A DNA stretch of 64,000 nucleotides from Treponema sp. UBA4307 (GCA_002394685.1 DGUP01000053.1:14767-78766), one strand, 5' to 3'. Shown: positions 48,860 through 59,781, numbered from the stretch's first letter. Notes: a model not told the origin generated them from the letters alone. Program-made: numbers and translations.

Positions 48860-50226
48860 TCAGAGAGGTCATAAGTGTAAGGAGAGACATTGTTACTTGA
48901 GTTGACTGCAACGATTACAAGTTTTTTCGATAGAGAATCATAAGCGGCAATATTTCTGTTTGATGTAGTATAAATGATTTTTGAGCCTGGACGAATAAAC
49001 TTTGTAAATTGTCCAAATCCAAAATATTTTTGAGTTAGAATAATTTCCTGTCTGTCATGATTTGCAGTTGCAAGTCCCCAGAATCCTTTTTTGTAATCTG
49101 GAGCTCCACCGTCTGCTTTACCATTGTACCCTTCCTGTGAAACATGGGAGTCAATGACCTGCCATAATATCCAGGCACTAGGTTTGAGGCCGTTCATGTC
49201 TTTTATGATTTTTTCAGCAAGGCCTAGAGCGGGTGCCATTTCTCCGGCATTTACTCCGCTGGTATAAGATCCATCAACTTCTGACATCCACAGATTTTTT
49301 CCTTCAGCGGCGGCAAGAGAATTTAATTCACTTAATTTAGTGCCGTTGTAGGTATGGGTATCTATACGGTGGATAGAATCTTTTGCTTGGTCAGAAAGTG
49401 CCAGATAGGAATCAATCTGATTGTCAACGCTGGTTTCATCTGTCCCTGCAACTAATACGGAATTCAGGCCTTTTTTATCCAGAGCTTCTCTTGTAAGTGT
49501 AAGAATTTTTGACTGGGATTCGCCTTTTGAAAAATGACAACCTTCCTGTTTATTACTCAGGGCATGCCAGAAATTTGTATCCGGTTCGTTCATTGGTTCA
49601 AGACTTTGAATTTTAATTCCGTCCAGTATTTGAAGATTGTAAGTTACTTCTGCAAGGTAATGGGCAAAATCATCATAACATTCACTTTTCAGATTATCAT
49701 CTGTTGGAACAAAGGCTCCGGATGAACAGCCGCTTTCTGTCATAAAATACGGCGGAGAATTAGAAAAAGCTTCAACAATAAGATTGTCTGGACAGGCTAT
49801 TTTGATTTCCCGCAAAACGTTACGTTGCGTTGCATCACTGTTCCAGTCATAAACATATGTTTTAGAGTCCGGGTCAAAATGCATAAAGCCATCCATATTT
49901 GAATCGCTTCGTGTAATATGATCATGAGAAGGATCATCTCCTCCACCAATATTATAACGGGCAATGTTTAGGCCGATTCCTTTTTCCAGAGAAAAAAATG
50001 CTTCTGCGGCCTGGCGACTGAGTTCATTTGAATACCCAATTCTGTTTGCCCACCAGCATAGACTGGTTCCCCATCCTTCAAAAATTCCATTGTTAATGGA
50101 AGAAATATTATCCGGATCGATTTTGATTAGATTTTCATTTACCATAGATTTTCGCTGATGTGATTTGCATGAAGATAATGAAAAAAGTAAAATAGAGCAC
50201 AATGATAGAGTTATGATATTTTTCAT
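48685..50226 (-). CDS. GH30 glycoside hydrolase lipoprotein (endo-beta-1,6-galactanase-like)
   Basis: Lipobox LSSC; EGWGTSLCWW, RYNIGGG, FSNSPP, EPMNEP, LWMSE. Confidence 0.85.
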   Translation of the reverse strand: MKNIITLSLCSILLFSLSSCKSHQRKSMVNENLIKIDPDNISSINNGIFEGWGTSLCWWANRIGYSNELSRQAAEAFFSLEKGIGLNIARYNIGGGDDPSHDHITRSDSNMDGFMHFDPDSKTYVYDWNSDATQRNVLREIKIACPDNLIVEAFSNSPPYFMTESGCSSGAFVPTDDNLKSECYDDFAHYLAEVTYNLQILDGIKIQSLEPMNEPDTNFWHALSNKQEGCHFSKGESQSKILTLTREALDKKGLNSVLVAGTDETSVDNQIDSYLALSDQAKDSIHRIDTHTYNGTKLSELNSLAAAEGKNLWMSEVDGSYTSGVNAGEMAPALGLAEKIIKDMNGLKPSAWILWQVIDSHVSQEGYNGKADGGAPDYKKGFWGLATANHDRQEIILTQKYFGFGQFTKFIRPGSKIIYTTSNRNIAAYDSLSKKLVIVAVNSSNNVSPYTYDLSDFSKTGTEVTLVRTSGDKRKGESLAQLKEKIIVFDDKTFDANLAPNSITTFIISDVEI

Positions 50227-50305
50227 ATAGTTTTATATTACAATTGCAAATTGCCGGTGTCAAATTTTCTTTCACAGAATCCCTCTAATATGCTATGATG
50301 CTCCC

Positions 50306-51640
50306 ATGAGTACAGACAGACAGTTTAATTTTCATTTTGTTCCAGTAAAAGGCTGGATGAATGATCCTAATGGATTGATTTATGCAGACGGTAAGTATCA
50401 CATTTTTTTTCAATATAATCCTGAATCTACAGTCTGGGGACCTATGAACTGGGGGCATGCAGTTAGTCAGGATTTGCAGCACTGGAATCAACTTGAAAAT
50501 GCAATTGAAGTTGATGAGAATGGCTATGCTTTTTCCGGTTCAGCAGTCACTTTGAAAGAACAGGGGCCTTATTATCTTCTATATACAAGTCATAATCCTC
50601 AGAGTGGGGAACAGCAGCAGTGCCTTGTTGAATCTGAAAATCTGGAAACTTTTAAGAAGTATGAAAAAAATCCTGTAATAAAAAATCAAAAGAATGAAAA
50701 GGGCTACAAAAAAGATTTTCGTGATCCTAAAGTTTTTTCTTCACCAGATAACAATTCTTTTGTGGCAGTAATTGCGGCGGGTAAAATAATCGAGTTTTAT
50801 TCAACTGATGATTTTAAGAACTGGTCTTTTGCCGGCAGCTTTAATCCTCAGGAGTACGGACTTGAAGGAATTTGTGAGTGCCCGGATTTGCTTTATTTTC
50901 CATCCCAAAATCAGAATGATAAAAAAAATGGAAAGTGGATTTTGCTTTTCAGTATGATTTTAACTGAAGACTGCATGAAGGCACACAATTATTCCAGAGA
51001 AAAACTTGTTTTCTATTTTACAGGTGATTTTGACGGAAAGACTTTTACAGTGAATCCTGATAAAAAAGAAGCACTGCTTCTGGACTATGGGCCTGATGCT
51101 TATGCTTACACTTCTTTTGCCGGCGTAAAGGAACCGGTGCTTATGGCCTGGGGTGAAAACTGGGATTATGCTGCCAGAACTCCTGCTGAAAATTATCGTG
51201 GAAAAATGACAGCTCCCCGGATTTGTATTCTGCAGTCTAATGAAGATGAAGAATATCTCTGTCAGATTCCATATTTGCCGGAAGAGGTTCTGGATAATAA
51301 TTCTAATCTTTATAACTGTGCTGTTGGCGAAAGTATTGTTTATGAAAACGATTTGGGGCAAAGTCTTTCAATCACTGTGGAAGAAAAAGAAATAGTTGTT
51401 GAAAGAAAAGGTTGCGGCACGGAGAAATTTGCACCTGAACTTTCCGTCCAAAAATACAATCGGTTTACTGCGCCAAGAAAATGGGCTGACGGAGGAACAG
51501 GTGTAATGGTTCTTGAAGACAAGGGGTACTTTGAAATTTTCTGCGAAGGCGGACTGACAGTGTTCAGTGTGGACACCTGGGCTGATGCACCCCTTGTTTG
51601 TAAAAAGAATCTTAGTCTTGATGATCAGCTGGAGTGGTAG
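50306..51640 (+). CDS. GH32 beta-fructofuranosidase
   Basis: WMNDPNG, FRDPKV and ECPDL catalytic motifs. Confidence 0.92.
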   Translation: MSTDRQFNFHFVPVKGWMNDPNGLIYADGKYHIFFQYNPESTVWGPMNWGHAVSQDLQHWNQLENAIEVDENGYAFSGSAVTLKEQGPYYLLYTSHNPQSGEQQQCLVESENLETFKKYEKNPVIKNQKNEKGYKKDFRDPKVFSSPDNNSFVAVIAAGKIIEFYSTDDFKNWSFAGSFNPQEYGLEGICECPDLLYFPSQNQNDKKNGKWILLFSMILTEDCMKAHNYSREKLVFYFTGDFDGKTFTVNPDKKEALLLDYGPDAYAYTSFAGVKEPVLMAWGENWDYAARTPAENYRGKMTAPRICILQSNEDEEYLCQIPYLPEEVLDNNSNLYNCAVGESIVYENDLGQSLSITVEEKEIVVERKGCGTEKFAPELSVQKYNRFTAPRKWADGGTGVMVLEDKGYFEIFCEGGLTVFSVDTWADAPLVCKKNLSLDDQLEW

Positions 51641-52376
51641 CCTGATTTTTGGAAGCAAGGCCTGCAGCTTTAGAAAAAACTTTTTCTATGTACTGGGCCT
51701 CGCTTTCGGAAAGGGCTGCCCTGGAAAGAATATTATTCCAGAAGTTTTCCATATCTTCACGGCCGGTCACTTTAAAAAATCCAATATCCTGAAGTGAGTC
51801 TGCAATGGTGTCAACGGTTTTGTCCAGGCGCTCCCTTGTAATCGGCAGGTAGCCGGTTTTCTGTCTGCTTGTTGAACGGAAGAAGTGGTAGCACATAATC
51901 TGAACCGCATGGCTTAAATTCAGAGAACCGAATTCTTCACTTGAAGGAATTGTGACTGCCAGATTACATTCGTTAAGTTCATCGTCTTCAAGACCGGTGC
52001 GTTCGTTGCCAAAAACAAGAGCAAGTTTCTGACCGTCCTGTTCTTCTCCATTTCCAGTAATTCTGTCAGCAAAATCTGTTAATTCTTCCGGCAGAAGAAG
52101 TTTTCCCTGGCGTTTCTTTCCTTTACGGCGGGTTGTTCCTGCTGCAAAAGCACAGTCTTTTACTGCATCAGTGATAGAATCAAAAAACTGGGCATTTTGA
52201 TAAATATCAAAGGCATGAATTGAAAGAATTCGAACTCTTTCTTCGTCTATATCCTCTTTTTTTGCAACAATGCGGAGAGTATGAATTGAATTGTTTGCCA
52301 TAGCTCTGCATACGGCACCAATATTACGGCTTTCTTCAGGTCTGTCTAAAACAACGACAACATTATTAAGATTCAT
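51612..52376 (-). CDS. SPOUT (TrmH/TrmJ-LasT family) RNA methyltransferase
   Basis: NIGAVCRAMAN, LVFGNERTGL, GSLNLSHAV. Confidence 0.9.
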   Translation of the reverse strand: MNLNNVVVVLDRPEESRNIGAVCRAMANNSIHTLRIVAKKEDIDEERVRILSIHAFDIYQNAQFFDSITDAVKDCAFAAGTTRRKGKKRQGKLLLPEELTDFADRITGNGEEQDGQKLALVFGNERTGLEDDELNECNLAVTIPSSEEFGSLNLSHAVQIMCYHFFRSTSRQKTGYLPITRERLDKTVDTIADSLQDIGFFKVTGREDMENFWNNILSRAALSESEAQYIEKVFSKAAGLASKNQATTPADHQD

Positions 52377-52433
52377 GTAAAAAATATACTCTTAAAAGTG
52401 GAAATTTGGAATTACTTTCCTTATAATATACGT

Positions 52434-53111
52434 ATGGAAGAAAGTGATAACTTTGTAGGGAAGACCGCACTTATTGTTGGAGGCACCCGGGGCACAGGTA
52501 AAGAAATTGCCTTTATGCTCAGGGATATGGGGGCTTCTGTATATGTGACCGGCCGCTCATCAGCTTTTAAAGCAGAAGATAAAATCCATTATATTTGTTC
52601 CGATTTGGAAAAGGAAACTTTCGCTTCACTTGAAAGAGAAGAAATCCTTCAGGTAATAAATTGTACTGATATTCTGGTTTACTGCTGCGGTCCCTTTCTT
52701 CAGAAAACAATTGCCCAGACTTCGGCAGATGATTGGGAGAAAATGGCTGTAATGAATTACGGATTGCCAGGTGCTTACCTGAGTTCAGTTCTGAATCATC
52801 AGGTGGAGCAGGGGTGGGGAAGAAATGTTCTCTTTGGAGGGACCCGCACCGAATCTGTAAAGGCTTACAAAACCAACTGTGCCTATGCTGGTGCAAAAAC
52901 CGGTTTAAGTGTTCTAGTTAAATCTGCTGCTGCTCAGTATGCTCAGTCTGGCATTACGGTGAATGGAATTTGTCCAGGTTTTACTCACGATGCCCCTGAA
53001 AATACTCAAAATATCAGCGAAAGACAACTTGCATATAATGTTCGGACACTTTTATGCCGAAAAGAACTTAATGGTGTTCTTCTGAATGCGGATTTTGGCT
53101 GGAATCCATGA
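52434..53111 (+). CDS. SDR-family oxidoreductase
   Basis: GGTRGTG, YAGAK, VNGICPG; start refined to ATG 52434. Confidence 0.85.
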   Translation: MEESDNFVGKTALIVGGTRGTGKEIAFMLRDMGASVYVTGRSSAFKAEDKIHYICSDLEKETFASLEREEILQVINCTDILVYCCGPFLQKTIAQTSADDWEKMAVMNYGLPGAYLSSVLNHQVEQGWGRNVLFGGTRTESVKAYKTNCAYAGAKTGLSVLVKSAAAQYAQSGITVNGICPGFTHDAPENTQNISERQLAYNVRTLLCRKELNGVLLNADFGWNP

Positions 53112-53206
53112 TTGGAGTTCTTGGAGATATTAGACATTAAGTTTGACAGAATCGTGCAGATTAGATAGAATATAGATTGAATAATTGGAGTTAGAAGGCG
53201 GATATC

Positions 53207-53755
53207 ATGGCGAATAATGAATTAGTTCCTGGCTTTGACGAGGACAGAGAGGACAGCTTAAAGATTCAGTTGCAGAAGCTGGATGATGTGGCAAGCTGCA
53301 TTATCATTACATTAAACGGCTATATTGATACATATAATTCAGTGTTTTTTCAGAAGCAGGTAGGTAAGATTATTTCAGCAGGATTCGTTAATTTGATTTT
53401 TAACTGTGCTAGCCTTAACTATGTTTCTTCTACTGGTATTGGTTCATTTACTTCTTTCCTTAAACTTGTAAAACCTAAGGGCGGAGATGTTGTTCTTATG
53501 AACATTCAGCCAAAGGTTTATGAAGTATTCTCTCTTCTGGGATTCAGTCAGTTCTTTAATATTAAGGATACACTTTCTGAAGCAGAAGAGTTCTTTAAAA
53601 AGGGTGCTCCAGTTGAATCATCTGTATTCCCTAAGATTTTTGCCTGCCCGGTTTGCAGCAAGAAGCTTAAGGCTACAAAGAGCGGTCGTTTCCGCTGTTC
53701 AGACTGTAAGTCAATTCTGGCAATTGATCAGGGTGGTCACGTATTCCTTGGCTGA
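53207..53755 (+). CDS. STAS anti-sigma-factor antagonist with C-terminal Zn ribbon
   Basis: LNGYIDTYN, YVSSTGIG, CPVC..CSDC. Confidence 0.88.
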   Translation: MANNELVPGFDEDREDSLKIQLQKLDDVASCIIITLNGYIDTYNSVFFQKQVGKIISAGFVNLIFNCASLNYVSSTGIGSFTSFLKLVKPKGGDVVLMNIQPKVYEVFSLLGFSQFFNIKDTLSEAEEFFKKGAPVESSVFPKIFACPVCSKKLKATKSGRFRCSDCKSILAIDQGGHVFLG

Positions 53756-53788
53756 TTTTGGTCTGAATCATTTTAAGCGAAAATCAAC

Positions 53789-53820
53789 ACGGTGCTTCAA
53801 AAGAGGCACCGTTTTTTTTT
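53789..53820 (+). terminator. Intrinsic terminator
   Basis: ACGGTGCTTC-aaaa-GAGGCACCGT followed by a T-run. Confidence 0.85.
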
Positions 53821-53902
53821 ATTACCATGAACAAAATCAAATAGCAGGCAAATAAAATACTTTCGTTGAGTTTTGCCTTATTCCGTGTTATTCTTGTAGC
53901 AA

Positions 53903-54886
53903 ATGAGTAATTCTGGAAGAACCGGGCTGAATCTATTAATTCGGGCTGTTTTATACACAATAATTTTAACTTTTTCGGCAGCGCTTTTTGTTTTTGTCTT
54001 TGATTCCTGTCAGTCGCTGGCTGTACATGGATATATGATAAAAATGCCTTTCAAAGCTTTTATTATCTTTGTCCTGACTTTTTTACCTTTTGGTCTGCAG
54101 TCAACAACTCTTTTTCTTCTATATTATTTAATCAGACACGGCTCTTACAAAATTATTCCAGTTATTGTATTTGTTGTTATCAACCTTGTATTGTGGTTTT
54201 TGCTCAGCCCTCTTTCTGTAAAATTAAAGGATAAGATGGTTGAAAATAATGCCGCTCTTTTCAGTAAGGAAGCTCTGGCTGAAGGTTACGGTGAAGAAAA
54301 TGGTACTTTCAAAAATCAGGGCTCTTATGTTTATTATTTTTCCATGGCAGGGGAAGGTGATCGCAGTCCTGGATTTGTAATTGACCTGGACGCTCTGGAA
54401 AAGAAGGGGGAAGTTTTCCAAAGCGGCAAATACAGCGGCATGGTTGAAAAGATGAGCGACACTCTGGTGGAAGATGCAATACAGACTCCAAAGGCTACCG
54501 ACTGGATAATTGACCGTTTTGTAAATCTCTTCAGTCTGGAAAACACTCTTTTACATCTGGACTGGGCTTACTGGCTGAGTTTTGCATCCCTTGCACTGGT
54601 TCTTATAAGTCTTCTGGCATTCCGTAATTTTTCCCAGTGGAGACTGATGAATTGGGTAATAATCAGCATACTGTTCCTGGCATTCCTTGTCTTTAACTAT
54701 TATGCCTGGATTCCGGATTCCTTTATGAATGGCTTCCGGGAAAAGATTAACGGCTGGCTCAAGTTCATTCCTTTTGTACATAATCAATTTGCAATTTTCT
54801 TTAATCTTATATTTACTATACTGCTGTCTGTTACAGGAATCATTGTTGATGTTAAGGGCAGGGCTCGATTCGCGGAGGATAATTGA
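53903..54886 (+). CDS. Uncharacterised membrane protein
   Basis: About 6 TM helices around a soluble loop; overlaps the next gene. Confidence 0.7.
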   Translation: MSNSGRTGLNLLIRAVLYTIILTFSAALFVFVFDSCQSLAVHGYMIKMPFKAFIIFVLTFLPFGLQSTTLFLLYYLIRHGSYKIIPVIVFVVINLVLWFLLSPLSVKLKDKMVENNAALFSKEALAEGYGEENGTFKNQGSYVYYFSMAGEGDRSPGFVIDLDALEKKGEVFQSGKYSGMVEKMSDTLVEDAIQTPKATDWIIDRFVNLFSLENTLLHLDWAYWLSFASLALVLISLLAFRNFSQWRLMNWVIISILFLAFLVFNYYAWIPDSFMNGFREKINGWLKFIPFVHNQFAIFFNLIFTILLSVTGIIVDVKGRARFAEDN

Positions 54887-56982
54887 TGAAAAAACTTCTG
54901 CTTACTTTAGGAATTTATTCCCTGCTGATTTTTATTGCATGCATTATCATTTCCAATGTCTGGACCGGAAACCTGCCAGCGCTGGCTACACTTTCTGTTA
55001 AGCCATATAAATTTGCCCGTGCAATTCTCTGGTTTCTGGAACTTCTTCCTGCAATCCTGATGAGCGGAGTTCTTCTTGGCTGCTGCATTCAGTGGAAATC
55101 GCAGACTTCTGCTGCTGCAACAGAGAAGCCTTTTTCGGAAGTTCAGTGGGGCCGTTACAGAAAGCTCTTTGTTTTTGCCTTAATCATCACTTTGATTTTA
55201 ACTCTGGTTCAGGGACTTTTTGTCCCTTCCCTGGAAAGAAAACAGGAAGAGCGGAGAAATGAACCTGCCCTGCTGGAAAAAAGTCTGGGGCTGGCAGAAA
55301 AACTTTTGTATGAAGAAGATAAACCTCTCCTTGCTGTTCAATATGCAGAAATTGCTTACAAGATTAATCCGGAAGACAGCAGAGTTGTAAAAATCTACAA
55401 AGAGACTCACGAAAAATTTGAAACCATCCGTATGGAACTGGAAGAAAAAAAGGCTGAAGAAGAAGCTGCCATTAAGGAAGAGGGAGAACAGGCTCCTGTA
55501 AATGAAAGCCCTGCAGATGCCGCTCCAGAAAATGAATCCCTCCTGCCAGCGGAAGAAAATATACCTCCTGTGGAAGAAGCCGTAACAGCGGCCCCAGAAA
55601 CTGAGGTCAGCCAAACAGAGAAAACTGCATCTGAAAATCTTCCTGCTTCAAAAGAACTCCTCTTTCCTATTGAAGATATAATGGCTGCTACAGATGCCGG
55701 TCTTTTATCAGAAGAAATTCAGGCTGCAAATGGAAAGGTTGAAAATCTGCTGAGTGCAGATGGCTTCGGTTCAAAGGAAATGCTGGAAAAGGCAGATCAG
55801 GCTGCAGAAGAAGGCCGCTGGTTTGATGCACATTACTGGGCAAGCCAGGCAGTTAAGGCATGCCGCAAAACTGATACAAATTATCCCATCGCCGTTGAAG
55901 CTGCAAATCAGGCCTGGAGCAAAATTTCAAATCCTGCAGGTTTTGGCAATGAAGAGCAGCGCAAATATTATAATCAGAAAAGACTTGGCTATACTGCTTT
56001 AAATAACGGTGACTTCCTCCGTGCCTATTATATTTATGAAGAACTGGCAGAAAATCCAGAGCATGCAGAAGACCCGGATGTTATCCGCTATCTGACTCTG
56101 TCAAAGGAAACTCTGGAAAACCAGTATTTCTTTATTGATGAAAAAAATCTCATGGAAAATGTCATAACCGATAAAGACATCTACTTTGAACTTGAAAAGT
56201 CTGATGGCTGCAAAGATGTTTTCTTTATTGGACAGATGGCAAAAATTAAGGAAGATGGTGGAATGGTCCGCTACCTGCAGGATTTTAATTTTGCAGAATT
56301 CGGGGAAGATGGAAAGCCGCTTTATTCATACTACGTTCCTTTTGTAAAAGCTGTGGCTCTTCCTGTGAGCACTTTCTCCGAAGAACAGAGAAATTCCCTT
56401 GGTATTTCAAAGAAATGGAAAAATATTCCTCAGCTTTATTTGTATTCTGTAGACAGAAAAACTGAAGGTTCTGTTTCTCAGCCGGTTTACGAAAAATATG
56501 ATAAGGGCATAAAAATACCTGGTGAAAAAATTCAGCTTCTTTCTATGTCTTTTGATGATTTTGATATGCTGGATTCAGTTGCAGCGGGACCGGCCGAAAT
56601 GGGCATTAGTAAACTGTTTAAGTTCTGTAAAAATCCATGTGATTTTGGCTTTACTAAATCAACTTACATTCAGTCTTTTGTAAGCAGAATAACTTATCCT
56701 CTGCTTCTTCTTACAATGCTGATTTTCTGCGGAATTATGGCCTGGAACTACGGCTTTACAAGAGAAGATGCTTTGTTTAAGTTTAAGTATCTCTTTACAA
56801 TTCCACTGCTCTTTTTCATTGCATTTGTGGCTTTTGAAGTGCTGGAATATGCCTTTATGCTGCTGAATTTTGTTCTTGTTGGGGCTGTGGGTTTTTCTGC
56901 CCTCTACATTGTGCTGGTTTTGTATTTTGTTCTGCTTGTGGCTGTAAGTTTGATTTTCGTTTCAAGAAAAAATCTTTCATAA
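54883..56982 (+). CDS. Uncharacterised membrane protein with TPR-like helices and acidic linker
   Basis: N- and C-terminal TM blocks; E/P/A-rich linker. Confidence 0.7.
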   Translation: MMKKLLLTLGIYSLLIFIACIIISNVWTGNLPALATLSVKPYKFARAILWFLELLPAILMSGVLLGCCIQWKSQTSAAATEKPFSEVQWGRYRKLFVFALIITLILTLVQGLFVPSLERKQEERRNEPALLEKSLGLAEKLLYEEDKPLLAVQYAEIAYKINPEDSRVVKIYKETHEKFETIRMELEEKKAEEEAAIKEEGEQAPVNESPADAAPENESLLPAEENIPPVEEAVTAAPETEVSQTEKTASENLPASKELLFPIEDIMAATDAGLLSEEIQAANGKVENLLSADGFGSKEMLEKADQAAEEGRWFDAHYWASQAVKACRKTDTNYPIAVEAANQAWSKISNPAGFGNEEQRKYYNQKRLGYTALNNGDFLRAYYIYEELAENPEHAEDPDVIRYLTLSKETLENQYFFIDEKNLMENVITDKDIYFELEKSDGCKDVFFIGQMAKIKEDGGMVRYLQDFNFAEFGEDGKPLYSYYVPFVKAVALPVSTFSEEQRNSLGISKKWKNIPQLYLYSVDRKTEGSVSQPVYEKYDKGIKIPGEKIQLLSMSFDDFDMLDSVAAGPAEMGISKLFKFCKNPCDFGFTKSTYIQSFVSRITYPLLLLTMLIFCGIMAWNYGFTREDALFKFKYLFTIPLLFFIAFVAFEVLEYAFMLLNFVLVGAVGFSALYIVLVLYFVLLVAVSLIFVSRKNLS

Positions 56983-56987
56983 AAAAG

Positions 56988-57016
56988 AGGCCGCTGTTTT
57001 GTTCAGCAGCCTCTAT
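56988..57016. terminator. Hairpin between convergent genes (probable terminator)
   Basis: AGAGGCCGCTG-ttttgtt-CAGCAGCCTCT preceded by an A-run. Confidence 0.6.
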
Positions 57017-57038
57017 TGAAGAATCCTTTTTTATGGAT

Positions 57039-58322
57039 TTATTTTACTTCAACTCTTTCAATATGAGCACCAATACTCTTTAATTTAGCAACAAGGTCTT
57101 CGTATCCTCTTTCAATCTGATAGATGTTGGAGATTTTGCTTTCACCATGTGCTGCAAGAGCGGCGATTACCATTGCCATGCCGGCGCGTACGTCTGGAGA
57201 AACAAGGTGCTCTCCATGGAGGGTACTTGGTCCGGAAACAACGGCTCTGTGAGGATCACAAAGGGTGATTCTTGCTCCCATGCTGATAAGTTTATCAACA
57301 AAGAACATGCGGCTTTCAAACATTTTTTCGAAAATGAGAACAGTACCTTCTACCTGGGTGGCAACAACTGTCATAATTGAAGTTAAATCTGCAGGGAATC
57401 CAGGCCATGGGGAATCATCAATTTTTGGAATCATTCCGCCTAAATCCTGATTTACTTTCAGTTCCTGGTTTGGAGCAACAGTGAGTGTATCTCCTTCAAC
57501 TGTCCAGCGGATACCGATTTTCCTGAAGGAATTTTTAAGTGGTCGCAGCTGTCGTTCATTTACGCCTGTAATTGTAATTGAACCTTTTGTTGCGGCGGCA
57601 AGTCCAATGTAGGAACCAATTTCCATAAAATCAGGTCCAATTGTAAAGTCGCAGCCATGGAGCTTTTCTACTCCGTCAATCTGAAGAATGTTAGAACCAA
57701 TGCCGGAAATCTTTGCACCCATTGCATTAAGCATAAGGCAGAGATCCTGAACGTGAGGTTCAGAGGCAACATTTGTAATTTCAGTATGACCTTCTGCAAG
57801 AACCGCTGCCATAAGAGCGTTTTCAGTTGCAGTAACGGATGCTTCATCCAGGAATATTTCTTTTCCTACAAGTTTATTTGTTGTAAATTCAAATCTCCCG
57901 TTTGTAGTAATGCGGACACCTAATTCTTCCAGTGCAAGAAAGTGTGTGTCCAGACGGCGGCGGCCAATAACGTCCCCTCCAGGTGGAAGCATAGAGGCCT
58001 TTCCTGTACGGGCAACCAGTGGTCCTGCAAAAAGAATAGAACCTCTCAGGCGTTTGCTCATTTCGTCAGGGATATTTGTAGTCTTTAAATTTGAAGCATC
58101 AATTTTCCATGCATTTTTTTCAATTTTTTCAGCTCTTACTCCAAGAGATTCCAGAATAGTAAACATTACGCCTGTATCTTCAATTTCCGGAATGTTTCTA
58201 AGAATGACTGTCTCTTCTGTAAGAGTGGCTGCGGCAATACAAGGAAGGGCTGCGTTTTTGTTTCCGCTGGCCCTGATTGTACCCTTTACCGGGAATCCGC
58301 CTTCAATATGATATTCGTACAT
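57039..58322 (-). CDS. murA: UDP-N-acetylglucosamine 1-carboxyvinyltransferase
   Basis: SGNKNAALP, PGGDVIGRR, ASVTATEN, PGFPAD, IERGYE. Confidence 0.95.
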   Translation of the reverse strand: MYEYHIEGGFPVKGTIRASGNKNAALPCIAAATLTEETVILRNIPEIEDTGVMFTILESLGVRAEKIEKNAWKIDASNLKTTNIPDEMSKRLRGSILFAGPLVARTGKASMLPPGGDVIGRRRLDTHFLALEELGVRITTNGRFEFTTNKLVGKEIFLDEASVTATENALMAAVLAEGHTEITNVASEPHVQDLCLMLNAMGAKISGIGSNILQIDGVEKLHGCDFTIGPDFMEIGSYIGLAAATKGSITITGVNERQLRPLKNSFRKIGIRWTVEGDTLTVAPNQELKVNQDLGGMIPKIDDSPWPGFPADLTSIMTVVATQVEGTVLIFEKMFESRMFFVDKLISMGARITLCDPHRAVVSGPSTLHGEHLVSPDVRAGMAMVIAALAAHGESKISNIYQIERGYEDLVAKLKSIGAHIERVEVK

Positions 58323-58370
58323 AAATCTTTCCTTATTAAGGGTATTATTTTACCCATTATACAGTATTTT

Positions 58371-59639
58371 TCAGTTTGTGGTATTGATTTTGCCTAATTC
58401 AATCAAAACCTGAGTTGCAGCTGCCATCTGACTTAAACTTACCCATTCATTTCTTGAGTGATAGCTGTGACCGCCTGTAAAAATATTTGGTGTTGGAATG
58501 CCCATTTCTGTAAGGCGGGAACCGTCAGTTCCTCCGCGGATTGGGACGAATTTTACAGGAACCGATGCCTGCTCGTAGGCTTTTACCAGATTTTCTACAA
58601 CCTGAGGAGCTTTATCCATTCCTTCCTTCATATTCAAATACTGCTGCTCGCTGGTAACCTGAGCCTTGCCTCCAAAAAGCTGGGCCTGGGTATTTGCCAG
58701 TAATTCTACGTTAGCAAGGCGTTCTTTCATTCCTTCCATTGTAAAGTCACGGAGGATAAGGCTGACTTCTGCTTCTTCAATTCCACCTTCAATCTTCATA
58801 GGACAATAAAAGCCCTGGTAACCGTCTGTAGTTTCCGGCATCTGGTGGCGGGGAAGATTTGCAACAAAAGCTGAAGCAATATTGATTGCGTTTACCATAT
58901 CAGGTCTTGCATCTCCAGTATGCTTTGATTTACCGGTGAAAGTAACATCAGCCTTATAAGCGTTGAAACATTCTTTTTCCAGTTCTCCCAGGTGGCCGCC
59001 GTCAACAGTGTAGGCATATTTTGATTTGATTAAATCCACCGGTACATGATCCATTCCATGACCAGTTTCTTCATCAGGAGAAAAAATCACTTCAATTGGA
59101 CCGTGCTTTACTTCCGGATGCTGAACAAAATATTCCAGCATTGTCATAATTGCAGCAACGCCCGCTTTGTCATCTCCTCCAAGAAGAGTATGTCCTGTAC
59201 TTGAAATGATTGTGTCCTTTTCTTCACCTGCCAGAGCCAGTGCCTTGTCTTTTGCCGGGTCAAGAACATTTCCGTATGGCAGGGTGATTGCTTTTCCGTC
59301 GTAATTTTCGTGAACAATAGGATTAACATCTTTTCCGGTAACTTCTTCTACTGTATCAATATGGGCAAGAAGGCAGTATGGAGGATTGTTTTCCTGTCCG
59401 GCAGAGGCCTTGAAAAATCCGTAGGTATAGCAGAAATCTGTAGTCTGAACATTTTCCAGTCCCAGTTCCTTGAGCTGAGAATTAAGGAGTTTTGCAAGAT
59501 CCCACTGACCAGGAGTTGAAGGTTGAATGCCCTTGTCAGCCTGTTCGCTGTTACTTTCAGTGTAGATTTTTGCGTAAGAAATAAAGCGTTCCTTTAGAGA
59601 CGCAGTAAATGGTTCGTTTAAGTAGTCTGTGATTTTCAT
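58371..59639 (-). CDS. pepT: Peptidase T (tripeptide aminopeptidase)
   Basis: AHIDT, GGDDKAG, PDEE, RGGTDG, HSRNE. Confidence 0.93.
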   Translation of the reverse strand: MKITDYLNEPFTASLKERFISYAKIYTESNSEQADKGIQPSTPGQWDLAKLLNSQLKELGLENVQTTDFCYTYGFFKASAGQENNPPYCLLAHIDTVEEVTGKDVNPIVHENYDGKAITLPYGNVLDPAKDKALALAGEEKDTIISSTGHTLLGGDDKAGVAAIMTMLEYFVQHPEVKHGPIEVIFSPDEETGHGMDHVPVDLIKSKYAYTVDGGHLGELEKECFNAYKADVTFTGKSKHTGDARPDMVNAINIASAFVANLPRHQMPETTDGYQGFYCPMKIEGGIEEAEVSLILRDFTMEGMKERLANVELLANTQAQLFGGKAQVTSEQQYLNMKEGMDKAPQVVENLVKAYEQASVPVKFVPIRGGTDGSRLTEMGIPTPNIFTGGHSYHSRNEWVSLSQMAAATQVLIELGKINTTN

Positions 59640-59781
59640 AAGTAATCAAAATCATAAACCATTTACATAAAACTTGGAAGATGTTGATTTTTGTTGATAA
59701 ATAATCATCAAAAGTGTGATAAATTGAAAAAAATATCACAATATTTATTGACCTAGGTGGCTTATTTCCTTAATATACTGA

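Noticed and set aside
778-59519. Many 60-180 aa ORFs nested in or antisense to well-supported genes (for example 18465-19001, 36185-36619, 50960-51361, 55198-55614, 57910-58311)
   Set aside because: They are shadow frames of real genes, with no RBS or motifs.
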